A program made the translations under genes and the position numbers. From the NCBI GenBank assembly GCA_002104905.1, contig MCFE01000454.1, positions 1-64,000 of the forward strand: a stretch of DNA of 64,000 bases, written 5' to 3'. Below, one piece after another: positions 47,894 to 59,300 of this stretch (position 1 is the stretch's first letter; each line of letters begins with the position of its first letter). The notes below the pieces were generated by a model that was not told the origin of the DNA, did no database searches, and worked only from the letters and a program-made list of their open reading frames with translations. The stretch is from Basidiobolus meristosporus CBS 931.73 (lineage: Eukaryota; Fungi; Basidiobolomycota).

Positions 47894-48346
47894 AATGACT
47901 ACTTGTGGTAACTAATCTACTTACCAAGACCTACAAGATCCTCTATTTATACACAACCGTCAGGAAGTAGCCTTCGATGCAAACTTCACTCTACGAATAC
48001 CCCCTATTCTGTCTATTAATCTCCGGTCTCTTGGTGAGAAATTTGGTAAATATGGTGAGTAGTCCAAATGATTAACATTTGGAGTAACAAATGATAACTG
48101 TCACCAGACGCTACTTACTGTGCAATTTCTGGTTCGTCGGTAGGGGCACATTGGCGTAGTAACCCCTTGGTATATTCGGCCTATTTGAGAAGGATTCCAG
48201 CAATCTAATGATTTTTCCGAATGCCTTGGGCTGCAGAAATAAGTGTGGAGATATTAACGCGGAGTCACTTCAGGTCGGTGTGGAGTTGTATCAGTCAGGA
48301 AGTATATAAAGAAGCAGTGCTTTCCTTCTAAGAGCAACTTAGTAAT

Positions 48347-48700
48347 ATGCAATTGTTGTATACAGTAACGCTCTTTGCCTGTTTGGCATTCTCCGTTATC
48401 GCTTCACCCTTTCCGGTTGGTGTAAATGTGGATGTCGGATCTGGACCTGCGAAGTCCCCCCATGTCCCGCCTGTCACCTGTGATGATGCTGAGGTCCGGA
48501 TAAAGGCTCTTGGTCTAAACATCAATGCTGTCGTCTGTCTCGGTGAGAACGACTCAATGCCTCCCAGCACCGTCGCCACCCACACTGGCCCCAATGAAGG
48601 CTGCCCACTTGTTGACGCTAAGGTTCGGGCGCTCGGCTTGGACATCCGGGCAGTTGTCTGCCTTAAAGATAGAATTGATGTTTTCGTTGATATTCACTAA
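48347..48700 (+). CDS. Small secreted protein (117 aa) with two C-x18-C repeats, paralog B (head-to-head with A)
   Basis: Signal peptide MQLLYTVTLFACLAFSVIA; same mature sequence family as paralog A; TATATAAA at 48303. Confidence 0.88.
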   Translation: MQLLYTVTLFACLAFSVIASPFPVGVNVDVGSGPAKSPHVPPVTCDDAEVRIKALGLNINAVVCLGENDSMPPSTVATHTGPNEGCPLVDAKVRALGLDIRAVVCLKDRIDVFVDIH

Positions 48701-48997
48701 TACTTAAAATGGCTACGAAGATACATCACTATGCGATTATCTGTCTCTAAATAAACCCGTCGGATGATGTTACGCTAACTTTTCCTTTAATGAGCACTTT
48801 TGCATTTATAAGCTTGATATAAAGATTGAGATGTTTGATCGCAACACGTAGAAATTTGAACCACATGATAGATTCATGAATTAACCCTAGAAACGTTTAT
48901 TGGTAATGATTCATACTACTCACACCCGTATGACTCATTCGTGCGTATATAAATATATGAGGACTGAGGTTGTGGGCGACATTTCTACTATTGGCAC

Positions 48998-49999
48998 ATG
49001 AAGCTACATCCAGTTCAAAGACTTCCCTTGGAGATATGGATACATATCCTTAGTCATCTTTCTCTACAAGACTTTGCCCACCTACTTTCAGCGGACCGCA
49101 GGTTTGCCAGATTTCTGTACCAGCTTGGCAGTACTGAGTGGCTGCAAATTATTAGGCAGATGTGGACCGGATTAAGCGGCAAAGCAATGCCCTGGACAGA
49201 ATACAGAGAAACCAAGGATGATGTATTGTGGATGGCCAACACTCAATTCGCCAGGATCGAGGATAGGTCTCGATTACTACGGCATCTACTATACATTGAT
49301 CGCATGCAGCAAGATATAGTAGAATCCATACTTCGTGAATCAGTTTATTTACTCGAATGCCCTAGACACCCACCCATTCATTTCGCCATGTGCTATACGC
49401 AAGATTCACATCCCTACCGACTCTATGGTAACGACATCTTAAAGCATCTACAGAAATCCCTGTCCGTCGTACTGCCCCTGGATTTTTTACACTTCCTACT
49501 TTGTTACTCCCATCGCTTGGCTCTCAAACAGCCCAATCTTCAATGGGATTTCAGATTCACCAGTCCGCCCTTCCTCTTCTTGGGTCCAGAGGAAACATGG
49601 CGCCACTTCCGGCTGCTGAATTTAGAGGAGTATGTAGACCCCGACTTTGAAGAGGGTATTCGTCCCTCTCATGTACTTTACAACCGACGAAATCCTAATA
49701 TCAACGCCTCGTGGAAGGTCAGCAATAGAAAACTGCTAGTCATTAGTCAAAGCACATCAGGGGATAGACTGCTCTTGGATGTGACGCACCCAGATAGTAG
49801 CACGTTTGGTTGGATATATGCCCACTCTAATCATCCACTAGTATTCAATACTCACAACCCACAATTTCTGGACTTCAGCATCACCGATCTTATGTACAGA
49901 ATCACCAGCAACGATCAGATGAAATTGAAAACCATTTGGTTTCATAATCTTTTTGACAAGCCCAACAGGGGTTGTTCAATGCTTCATGTAAATAAATAA
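48998..49999 (+). CDS. F-box protein with probable SMI1/KNR4 (SUKH)-like C-terminal domain, 333 aa
   Basis: F-box: RLPLEIWIHILSHLSLQDFAHL. SUKH-like: ILKHLQKSLSVVLPLDFLHFL ... KLLVISQSTSGDRLLLDVTHPDSSTFGWIY. Confidence 0.75.
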   Translation: MKLHPVQRLPLEIWIHILSHLSLQDFAHLLSADRRFARFLYQLGSTEWLQIIRQMWTGLSGKAMPWTEYRETKDDVLWMANTQFARIEDRSRLLRHLLYIDRMQQDIVESILRESVYLLECPRHPPIHFAMCYTQDSHPYRLYGNDILKHLQKSLSVVLPLDFLHFLLCYSHRLALKQPNLQWDFRFTSPPFLFLGPEETWRHFRLLNLEEYVDPDFEEGIRPSHVLYNRRNPNINASWKVSNRKLLVISQSTSGDRLLLDVTHPDSSTFGWIYAHSNHPLVFNTHNPQFLDFSITDLMYRITSNDQMKLKTIWFHNLFDKPNRGCSMLHVNK

Positions 50000-50778
50000 A
50001 CGTATGCTCCGAGCAGATACGGTGCCATATGGACGGACACATGCTACATGTGTTCAATCCAAGGTCCCTATCAACTGCCTAATCACCCAAACTTATCGCC
50101 TTGCATAACTTATCACTTTCTCAACGGAGTAAACGTGTGATGTAATGGTTTTGGGGATTGGACACGGAAATTAGACATAACCCCTCAATAGTATTGATGT
50201 CTAGAGTGTTGGCTGGCAGCGGTGGGAATCTATATGAAACTCTTGGTCGTTGCCTAAGCCCCACTCCATTGTTTGCTGATACACGAATACCAATGGGATG
50301 CAGTATTGGGGTGCGGTCAAGTTGTTAGCAACTTTGAATGGCGGGTCTACGGAATTCTAATTAGGTCTAGTCTCACGGCTGCAATCCAACCCGATCACAT
50401 TTAGGACGATGTGTCAATTACATTATACTGCGAAGGATCTGCATATATTGGCCTACATCTTAGGCCTATTACCTATCTATTTATATGTGTTGCATCTGGG
50501 CCCAATCAATATTTGGATATTATCGAATTCTCTCTGGAGGCAATCCCATCTCACTGGTCGATATGCACAATCTTCGGATCATTTGCAAGTTTTAACTAGT
50601 TCCTTTCCACGATTTGTGGATCTCCTAAAATGAAAGTTTATACTAAAGCGGTATGTTGATTTGTATAAAAGCGCCTGGGGTGACTTTACAGTACTCACCA
50701 ACTGCCATCCACTGTGCTCTCTTGGCTACTACCTCTACTTTCCAAACATTATCCGATATCCATTCTAAAATTGACAAT

Positions 50779-51000
50779 ATGTTCGCAGTTCCAGTGCGCT
50801 CTACCATTTCCAAAGCCATGCCTTTCCCGTCTATAGCCTTCGTTGGCCTGACGCTCGGAGCCAGCAGCATCGCCATTCTCAACACGAATACCCCAAATAC
50901 TCTTCCACCTACAGCAACGAAACCTAAGGGCAATACGAACAACGCCTCTCATCCTTCTATGATCCTGTCCCTTTCCCCTGGGGACTACGTATGTTTGTGA
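50779..51000 (+). CDS. 73-aa microprotein, possible divergent member of the VWW-tail family (ends GDYVCL)
   Basis: ATG in gacaatATG context; TATAAAA at 50664; acid-free N-terminus plus hydrophobic stretch PFPSIAFVGLTLGASSIAIL; G-x-Y-V aligns with the family tail. Confidence 0.4.
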   Translation: MFAVPVRSTISKAMPFPSIAFVGLTLGASSIAILNTNTPNTLPPTATKPKGNTNNASHPSMILSLSPGDYVCL

Positions 51001-51617
51001 TTTGACCACCGGATACTCCTGCGGAGATCTGCTTCATGGATACCATATCATAACCTAGAATCGCTTCAAGCATTTTGTAAATTTACTCCGTACCTTCTCT
51101 CACAAATCTAAAGGAGGGAAAACATTTTAGACGCTCAAAGTCCTATTAACAAAACCCGCTCAATATAATTCGTCTCCTTTGTCCTGTATAGAATACCTAT
51201 CAATAACATCAATAAATTCGAAAGAAGATTCGGTCACCCCATGATATGCACACCACCAATAGCCTGTTGAGCAGTCTATCCATCTTAGGACACAACTCTA
51301 TATAATTAATGTTTCCACATAGTTTGTGTTACAATCCCGAGTGTTGGCATAGGATAGCATGCGTAACTCTAAAGTGAACTCTTTTTAGCCAATGTAGGTG
51401 AGCCAATTGAACCCTCCTGGCGGACTTACATGTATTCAAATAGTATCGCCATCATTCTTCAGATTTTGCCATATTTGGACAAAGTTGGCAAGAGAACGTC
51501 AGTTAGTTTAATGATCTGGTATATATTGTTTGTCTATACTTAATTACATTGTCAATTTCAATTTTGTTTACATGTGTGGATGAAGGTTCACAGATTGTTT
51601 AAGCATGTGTTGAGCAT

Positions 51618-51818
51618 TCACCACCAAACGAAAGTACCAAGATCCTTCGCCATTGAGCCTTTAAAGGAGCAGATCTCGGGTCCTTTAGCTTTCTGGGTCA
51701 GAAGTGTGGATCCAAGCCAGCCGACGCCGAAAACACCCAAGGCCGCTAACGATAGTGGGCTTGCGGAATTGATAACCCGAGCAGAGATAGAAGTAGTGCG
51801 AATGATTGTTGCTGACAT
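51618..51818 (-). CDS. 66-aa microprotein ending KDLGTFVWW
   Basis: MSATIIRTTSISARVINSASPLSLAALGVFGVGWLGSTLLTQKAKGPEICSFKGSMAKDLGTFVWW*. caacATG context; TATAAATA ~55 bp upstream. Confidence 0.7.
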   Translation of the reverse strand: MSATIIRTTSISARVINSASPLSLAALGVFGVGWLGSTLLTQKAKGPEICSFKGSMAKDLGTFVWW

Positions 51819-52896
51819 GTTGAGTATTAACGAGTTCGCTGTCACGATGTAGATTCCCAGACACCATAACGGTATTTATATTTGAAAAAAACCGAATCGA
51901 CATTTCAACACACTACTCCACCAACTGTGCCCAGGAAATTTTCCATTTTCTTTTCGCAGACTGGGTCCCGAATATTCCAAACCGATTTCGAATGTTTTCT
52001 TTGATGGAGTGTAGCTGTACCCAGCATTTTTTCCAAGAAATGGAGAGCGAATTGGCCCCTGAATTCGACATTCAATAAGTAATTTATCGCTTTTCAACGA
52101 TTCGTTGTACAGGCGCAAGTGGAGATTGCGTCGGTGTTCTCCATGGACTCCAACAAATACAATGAATTTGATCACCGCCCGCTTGATTCGTCTCTCCATA
52201 CGATTGCTTTGACTGCCAGAAATGAGCAAAATTAATAACAGTGCATCACAATTGGCACAATCTGATCGTAAGATTGTCCTAATGAAATTATCCACCCGAA
52301 TTATCCCGAGCGTACACAAGTCAGTCTAGCTCAGTGTTAGCAATAATAGTCCACTCATCACTCATCACTTATCACTCATCACCAGTATCGCTTTAATTCC
52401 AAGAATAAGAATTCGTAAGTCTGAAGCCTGAATTGTGCCCATGTGATAGGCTCCTAAATATAGGTGATTGATTTGTTGACCCACATGGCTAATAAATTTC
52501 ATTGCAGCTGGGCGATGTAGGTAATTCTACGCCAGAGGACGAATTTGAAAATAATCCGATTACTCAGAATGATTCTGGAAGCACAGGAGTTAAAGTGAGT
52601 GGGATCTAGATGATCTTTTTCGTCGAGGAATCGGGAAACTTGGGGAAGACATCGGAAGACTCAGAATCGGTTAAATCTCCCTGGCCAACTAGTGGTTTAG
52701 ACGGCTGGTGGAGCTAAGCCGTTGGTTAATCCTTTTTTCGGATTAGCCACTTACGTTACTCACCAATCCATTTCCTCGTTACATCGGGTGGATTCGGAGG
52801 CCAGCAGGTTCACAGTGCAGCTTTGAAGGATTATAAAATTTACCTATTCGCCTCAGGAAGTATTCAGATCTTCAAATCAACCTAGCAACCATAGCA

Positions 52897-53049
52897 ATGA
52901 ACTCTACCACCTTCGTCGCCAAGGAGAGCTCCTTCAAAGGCATCCGCGAGCTTCTTGCGTTCAAATGGCTCCAATCAAAACCTACCCAAGGTGCTACATT
53001 GACGAAAAGTAATCTTTCTCAGGATCTTGGCTCCTATGTCTGGTGGTAA
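52897..53049 (+). CDS. 50-aa microprotein ending QDLGSYVWW (not in the ORF track)
   Basis: MNSTTFVAKESSFKGIRELLAFKWLQSKPTQGATLTKSNLSQDLGSYVWW*. TATAAAA at 52832; C/G-ending codon bias in the 5' half. Confidence 0.7.
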   Translation: MNSTTFVAKESSFKGIRELLAFKWLQSKPTQGATLTKSNLSQDLGSYVWW

Positions 53050-53401
53050 CCCATAGATACCCCAGCCTGTACTCTTTACACCACCTAGACAAATGTAAAT
53101 ATAATGTTCCATGCGAATAAACCTTCGGATAAATCCTCACAACACATTCCTTTTCTCTGACTATTTCTGCATTATCTCGAGTTCGATGGAAGTCGATAAT
53201 TCGTGGCAAATCTGTTGTTCTATGGATGGCCTTGTTCGGCGGTAATTCCTGATCTTATGGTAAATTGGGTAAACTTCGATCATGTTGCTCAAACTCCTGA
53301 TGTTTCCTTTTCAAGTCTGAGGTTACAAAATACGCGATTGCAGTTTATTAAAAAGAAAATACAGGTTGATATATATAATACAGTGGCTACAGGGCTTGTT
53401 T

Positions 53402-53605
53402 TCACCACCAAACATAGGACTCCATATCCTGCTTTAGTGTAGGCTTGCTTGGAGAAAGCTGATGCGACTTGCTTTTGTTGATCGCGGTGGCAACGAACCA
53501 CGCTATTGAGCCAGAGCCAAGTCCAGTGAGCATAAATGGTCCAAAGTTGGCCGAGGCGATGGGCATGAGTCTGAGGTATTGGAAACGTGTAAGCGCGAAG
53601 TGCAT
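53402..53605 (-). CDS. 67-aa microprotein ending QDMESYVWW
   Basis: MHFALTRFQYLRLMPIASANFGPFMLTGLGSGSIAWFVATAINKSKSHQLSPSKPTLKQDMESYVWW*. cacaatATG context; TATATAA ~57 bp upstream. Confidence 0.7.
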   Translation of the reverse strand: MHFALTRFQYLRLMPIASANFGPFMLTGLGSGSIAWFVATAINKSKSHQLSPSKPTLKQDMESYVWW

Positions 53606-55094
53606 ATTGTGGATTGCTGTCAAACGGTGGATTGATGCTGGTACCAAGAGATAATTTAGGCTTATATAGGTGAGGTATGGAGAAAGTCGTATATCACCGC
53701 TCCGTCATTGGTGATCCATTAGCTTCCAGAACGTCTTGTGTGGGGTCCACGAGTGAAAGGTTAATTGGAGCCAACCAAGTATAACTATAGTATATATATA
53801 TACTACAGACTGAATGTTTTTAACTGAACCGTAGTCAAATATGGAAGCAGAGACCACCAGAATTCTATAATAGGAAACAGAGCTGGGATACTATATTAGT
53901 GATAATTCTAGACCGAATACTGATGATCGGAACAGAAGTTGACCTGTATTTACAGTGAACGATTGTTGAGGGATGATTTAACTGAAGTGGAAGTGAATTC
54001 TGACTGAGCATATCAACTGAGTATAGAGATGGAGTTCACCTAAACTCGGCAATATCCAAATAACGATCTATAATTTGTCGTGGGGATTGGTATCAGCGAG
54101 TTAATGGGTCTAGAAGGAAGCTGGAAATGTTGTAGCATATAGATTTAGTATCGCAGCATGTGTACAGACATCTAGTGCCACTTAATACACACGCCTTTGG
54201 TTTCAAACTGACACAGGCTGGGGAATTGGTTTGCAGTCTCGTCAAAATTTTACGCATTATTCGAACTCCAAATAACAATCAGGATCTATTATTTATTTGC
54301 ATTATTTGCATTATTTGTAGGGATTTGGTTAAACATGGGTTAAACTTATTTAATCCCAATCAATTCCTTCGGAATTAGATTGCTTGACGTGGCGCATAAG
54401 TGTTTTAAAAATACATCAAATTAAGCCATTTTTAAATTTTGTTTAATGTCAATTGGAGGCCAACAGTCTAATACGTAGAATAAAACGCGGAAACCAATTA
54501 TCACAATCTTACTCAAATTTAATGAAAGAATTAGCAATGGGTAGTGGTAGCTTCTTAATAATGAAATCTTTACAAGCACCTGGTGGCGAGAATTATTTAG
54601 GTATTTATTGATGGTTCTGGACATCCATGACTTCATAAATCGCCAATAGTTGACAGCAAAAGTCAAAATGGAACTACAAATTCCGTTTGCAAATTCCCCG
54701 ATTAATTGAAATATTAAAATACCAGAAGGTACACAGGTGTCCAAGGTATCTAAGTTTTGTACATGCCTCTTGATGGCCCACTGTAATGCATTTCTATTCA
54801 AAGATCTGGGAAGTTCCTTGGAGGTAAAGTTTCCCTTCACTCTGTAAGCTTTGTTCAACTTAACATCAAGTAATACATGGACCTTCAGATATTGCATGCT
54901 AGTCAAATGCCTTATCAGATGGGAAAATAATCATCAATGGGATTGAAAAGGGGAGGAGTGCAGATAAAATTCAACTTTTGCTTGATTTGAATTCAGTATT
55001 GTTAGTATCATTCTTGCATCCAAATGAGTATATTAGCTATATCACATAGACCATAAGCAATGCACATTATTACTCACTTACCAATATCTCTATT

Positions 55095-55750
55095 AGGTGT
55101 TGTTAGTGTCTTGGAGATTTTGGAAGTGATTGGGAAAACAAGTAGATTATGCGATTTTCACTTAATGATTTATTCAATGTAAAAGTGGTATTTATGCTTA
55201 TACATGATATTGGCAAAACAAGAATGCGAAATATGTTTAAAAAAGGTCCCAAGAGCATGTGTGCAAAGTTTGGGGCTGTTTGGACAACCTTGAGAAATTC
55301 CATGTTCTGGGCGCCTGATATTTTGGTGAAAATATTCGAAGTACGTCCCGACAAGGTATTTGGTCAGAATTCTCTAAGATTTGTAGATTATGTACCAAGT
55401 GGCCAAGTTAGGTGAATATTTAGGTGTAATTACGAAATTTACAACATTGTGATCTACTTCGAAATCTACGGGTACCCAAAATATGATTATTCTCGAAGTT
55501 GTCTATGTGAGCCAAGACTATGCGCGTATTGTTGCAAAATTCTGAAAGCATTGGAAGTGATTCGGTGAGCGCAGAAAACTGTATGATATTTACTCGGTAG
55601 TTTGTTGATTTGAAATTAGGCATTCCTACTTCTGAAAGCACTTTGTCAAGTTGAATCTCAATATATTTTAAGAAAGTTATCATGAGATGATGTGCCAAGT
55701 TTGGGGTCTTTTGGAAGAGCTTGAAAGTTCTGATAGCTTCACCAAGTCAA
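55095..55750. repeat. Unclassified dispersed repeat (homologous to 21776-22030) with a diverged second unit ~440 bp downstream
   Basis: 55110-55305 aligns with 21816-22005. The anchors ttggaagtgatt and agtttgggg recur at ~55550 and ~55700. Confidence 0.65.
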
Positions 55751-56389
55751 AGAATTGGCCCGCATACTACAAGCTCGGTATAAATTAAATAACTTGAACA
55801 CTTGTGTCCTTGGAGCCTTCCTGTATATATTCTACAGGCTTTTTCCAAGTCCTTGAAAACATAAGGTACAACTTGTTCAGTTGATAATGCTGTAAATTTC
55901 GTATTTATGAAACTTATTTAACACCTATATCTATCGCATATCTTGAGTCTCAACTTTGCTAATTGCCGTATTAAGAACTGTGAGTTTAGGAATTGGCATG
56001 TAGGATGCATATTACTTTAGATCATTAAAGCCCCAGTAGTCATTAAAATAATGTCGCTTTTGTCCAAATAACTCCAAGGTAAGTTTCCGGAGTTGAAACA
56101 TTCGTATGGTCGATTCCGCAGTACGGATAGGTTCAAGAGTGTATCTGTAGAAGCACAAAAACGAAGAAATGATTAGTAGTGCGCCAAGTACGATGGGTTC
56201 AATCGAAATAAAGCTCTTTCAGCATCTGTGTACTTGCGCACTGATGTAAATGCAAATAAAGGCACACTTGGCGTGCTAATAGCCAAACTTCTACGACACT
56301 ACTCAAGGCCATATATATATTGTTGATATGAATCAAAATGATTTTCATGTTTATTTTTACACACAGTTAATCGAGGCAACAAATGGTAT

Positions 56390-59300
56390 CTATAGGTATT
56401 TTTTGGCCTGGAATCGTTTCAGGTGCAGCGACGAGCAGATCACAGTCACGGATGAAAGCACCATGGCTAATCCGGCAAGTTCCGGAGGGAATGGGTGTAG
56501 CCATAGGGGATAAAACACACCAGCAGCTACTGGAATGGCCAGGAAGTTGTAGAAAAAGGCCCACGCGAAGTTGTATCGGATTCTGCGAAGTACTTTCGCA
56601 GAAAGATCAAGCATGGTAAGAAGCGAGATAAGATTAGGCGTATTAAGAATAATGGATGCTGCCTCAATGGCGATATCAGTTCCAGAGGATGGTGAGATGC
56701 CAACGTCGGCCTGAGCCAATGCGGGGGAATCATTGATACCATCTCCCACCATTGCCACTACTGCGTTTCTATGGTTGGGCATGCCGTCGCGAAGCCATGG
56801 GAAGTACCGTCCTTTGAAGGTACGAGCGGGGTCGATCGAGACGCCTTGGGCTTGAAGGGATGCCACTTTGGAGGCCTTCTCTTCGGGCACAACCTGGGCC
56901 ATTACTCTCTCCGGTTTAATCCCTATCTCGCGTGCAATTGCCGTAGCAGAGATACGATGATCACCGGTGAGCATCCACACTTGAATTCCACGCTTTTCGA
57001 GCTCGCGAATGATCTCGGCGGTGTGCTCACGGGGACGATCAGCTACTCCAAGGGTAAGTACGATGAACCCATTGATAGCAACCTGCACAATCGAGGCACC
57101 GGTATTTTGGAATGCCTCGATCTCCCGATCTTCAGTCTGCTTGTCAGTAATCGAGCTAGCATACTGGCTACCAATAGATGTGATCCAACCCGGGCTTCCA
57201 ATTTGGATTGTCAGAGACGCGAATTCCAGATCCGATTCTTGACCGGCATTCTTGGAGTAGATGAATTCGGGGAAGACTTTGGCCTCTGGACTGGTCGACA
57301 CGTTGATCACTGCCTCAATCCCCTTACCTGGGACCTCTTGACAAGAGTCAACTTCAAAAGGAACTACTGATGAGTAGTCGGCGGGCAGATTGCCATCACT
57401 AGTTTGCTTTTCCGAGGCTTTCTTCTGGTCAACAAGTGGGGCAATGATATCAGTGGCATACTGCACCACTGCGCGAGCCAAGGGATGCTCTGAGCCACTT
57501 TCTAGCTTGTGGACGAGCTCCCATAGAAGGCGCTCTGCGTCGGAAAGAATCAATGTCTTGGTGTCGTCATCAGATTTCTGGACTGGAGTGCTAGCTCCGT
57601 ATGTAATCCTGTCCGCGCTAAGATACATCCTCACTCCATTGACGATTGGCTTACCAATGGTCAATGTCCCGGTCTTGTCGAAAACAATGGCGTCAAGTCG
57701 GTTGATCATTTCCAAGGCTAAACCTCCACCTTTGATCAGAATTCCATGTTTGGCGGCAACACCGGTTCCAACCATGATGGCTGTGGGAGAGGCCAGCCCT
57801 AAACCGCAGGGACATGCGATGACGAGCACGGTGATGGCAAACCACAAAGCGAAAACACCTGGTGAGGTTTTCTGCTTGGTAATCCATTCAGTGGGAACGT
57901 GTCCGGTATATCCTAGTGAACACCAGAGAATAAAGGTGATGATCGCTAGAGCGACAACCAGTGGAACAAACACACCAGAGAGCATATCAGCGAGCTGTTC
58001 CATTGGGGCCTTCTTGGCTGATTGTGCATCCTGGACAAGCTTGATGATGCGGGAAAGTGTGGTATCGGCTCCCACCTTTTCAGCTACGAAGTAGACGGGG
58101 GATGTCAAGTTGAGGGTTGCAGATATGACGCGGTCACCATTTTCGGCACTCTTTCTGACTGGAATGGATTCGCCGGTGATAGTGGATTCATCAAATGTGG
58201 ATGTGCCATGGTAAAGGGTACCATCGCAAGGAATACGTGTTCCAGGGTTGACTTTTAGTATGTCTCCTTGTTGAACAAGAGCAAAATCGATCTCCTCTTC
58301 TTGGGCGTTCTCGATGGGCTGGCCTTCTTTGATGGTCACAAGTGTTGCAGTTTCTGCCTGGAGCTCCATAAGCTTACTGATGGTGTCAAAGGTTTTTCCC
58401 TTAGCGTGAGCTTCGAGGAACTTGCCAAACAGAATGAAGGTTATCAGGTAGATGGTTGTATCGAAAAATTGATGACTCTCAGATGCGCTTTTCTCAACAA
58501 TGTTGGCGATACACGTCCCTACTGAAGCAAAGTAGGCTACGCCAGTACCCAAAGAGACAAGTACATCCATGTTTGCTGTATGCGCATACCGCAACGATTT
58601 GTAGGCTTTACGGTAGAAAGGCCAGGCGAGAAAGAATTGAACAGGGGTAGCCAGGATCCACATAATGAGAAATGATACACTGAGCCCTGGGCAAACCTCA
58701 GAGGCAAAAGCTCTGCGGACTTTGTTTTCCTTTGATAGCGCAACATCAAAGATAATTCCGATGATGAAAGCAGGAATGGCGAAGCTGAGTGCCCAAAGAA
58801 AACGAATAAGAAGGGAGCGTGTTTCACGAGAGTGGCGCTCTTGGATGGATGGCCCTTTGGTGCTGGGTTGCACAATAGTAGCCTCATATCCCAGGTCAGA
58901 AATAAGCTCCACCAGGGTACGTGGGCCCACCTTTGTCGGATCATGAACTACCACTCCGGATTGCATAAGAAGGTTGATCTGACACGAAATGATCCCATCA
59001 TGCTCACGGAGGTTGGACTCTATACTATTAACACAGGAAGAGCAGGTCATACCAGTGATGTTCAAATTGGTGGTGAGGGTGGTGTTTTCATCGGAGTCCT
59101 CTTTATCGGATGAGTCCTTTTCTTGAATGGTCTCCCACTGCAAATCGACTAGATCATAGCCGATGTTGGAGACAGCTTCGTTGATTGTCTTTCCTAGTGC
59201 TTCTTGATCTTCACTCGCGAACACCGCCACTCCACGGCCGGTGAGAGCACTGACACTGATGGTGCCTTCAACGATGCTTTCAATAGCAGACAGGGCCTTT

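Noticed and set aside
51876-52319. 147-aa minus-strand ORF containing WW
   Set aside because: Non-ATG start, internal WW without the D..[YF]V context, and it overlaps the promoter region of the 66-aa gene.
54093-54906. ORFs beside the 55-kb repeat as a hAT or Helitron remnant
   Set aside because: Only vague resemblance (LLDP); no catalytic motif or terminus seen.
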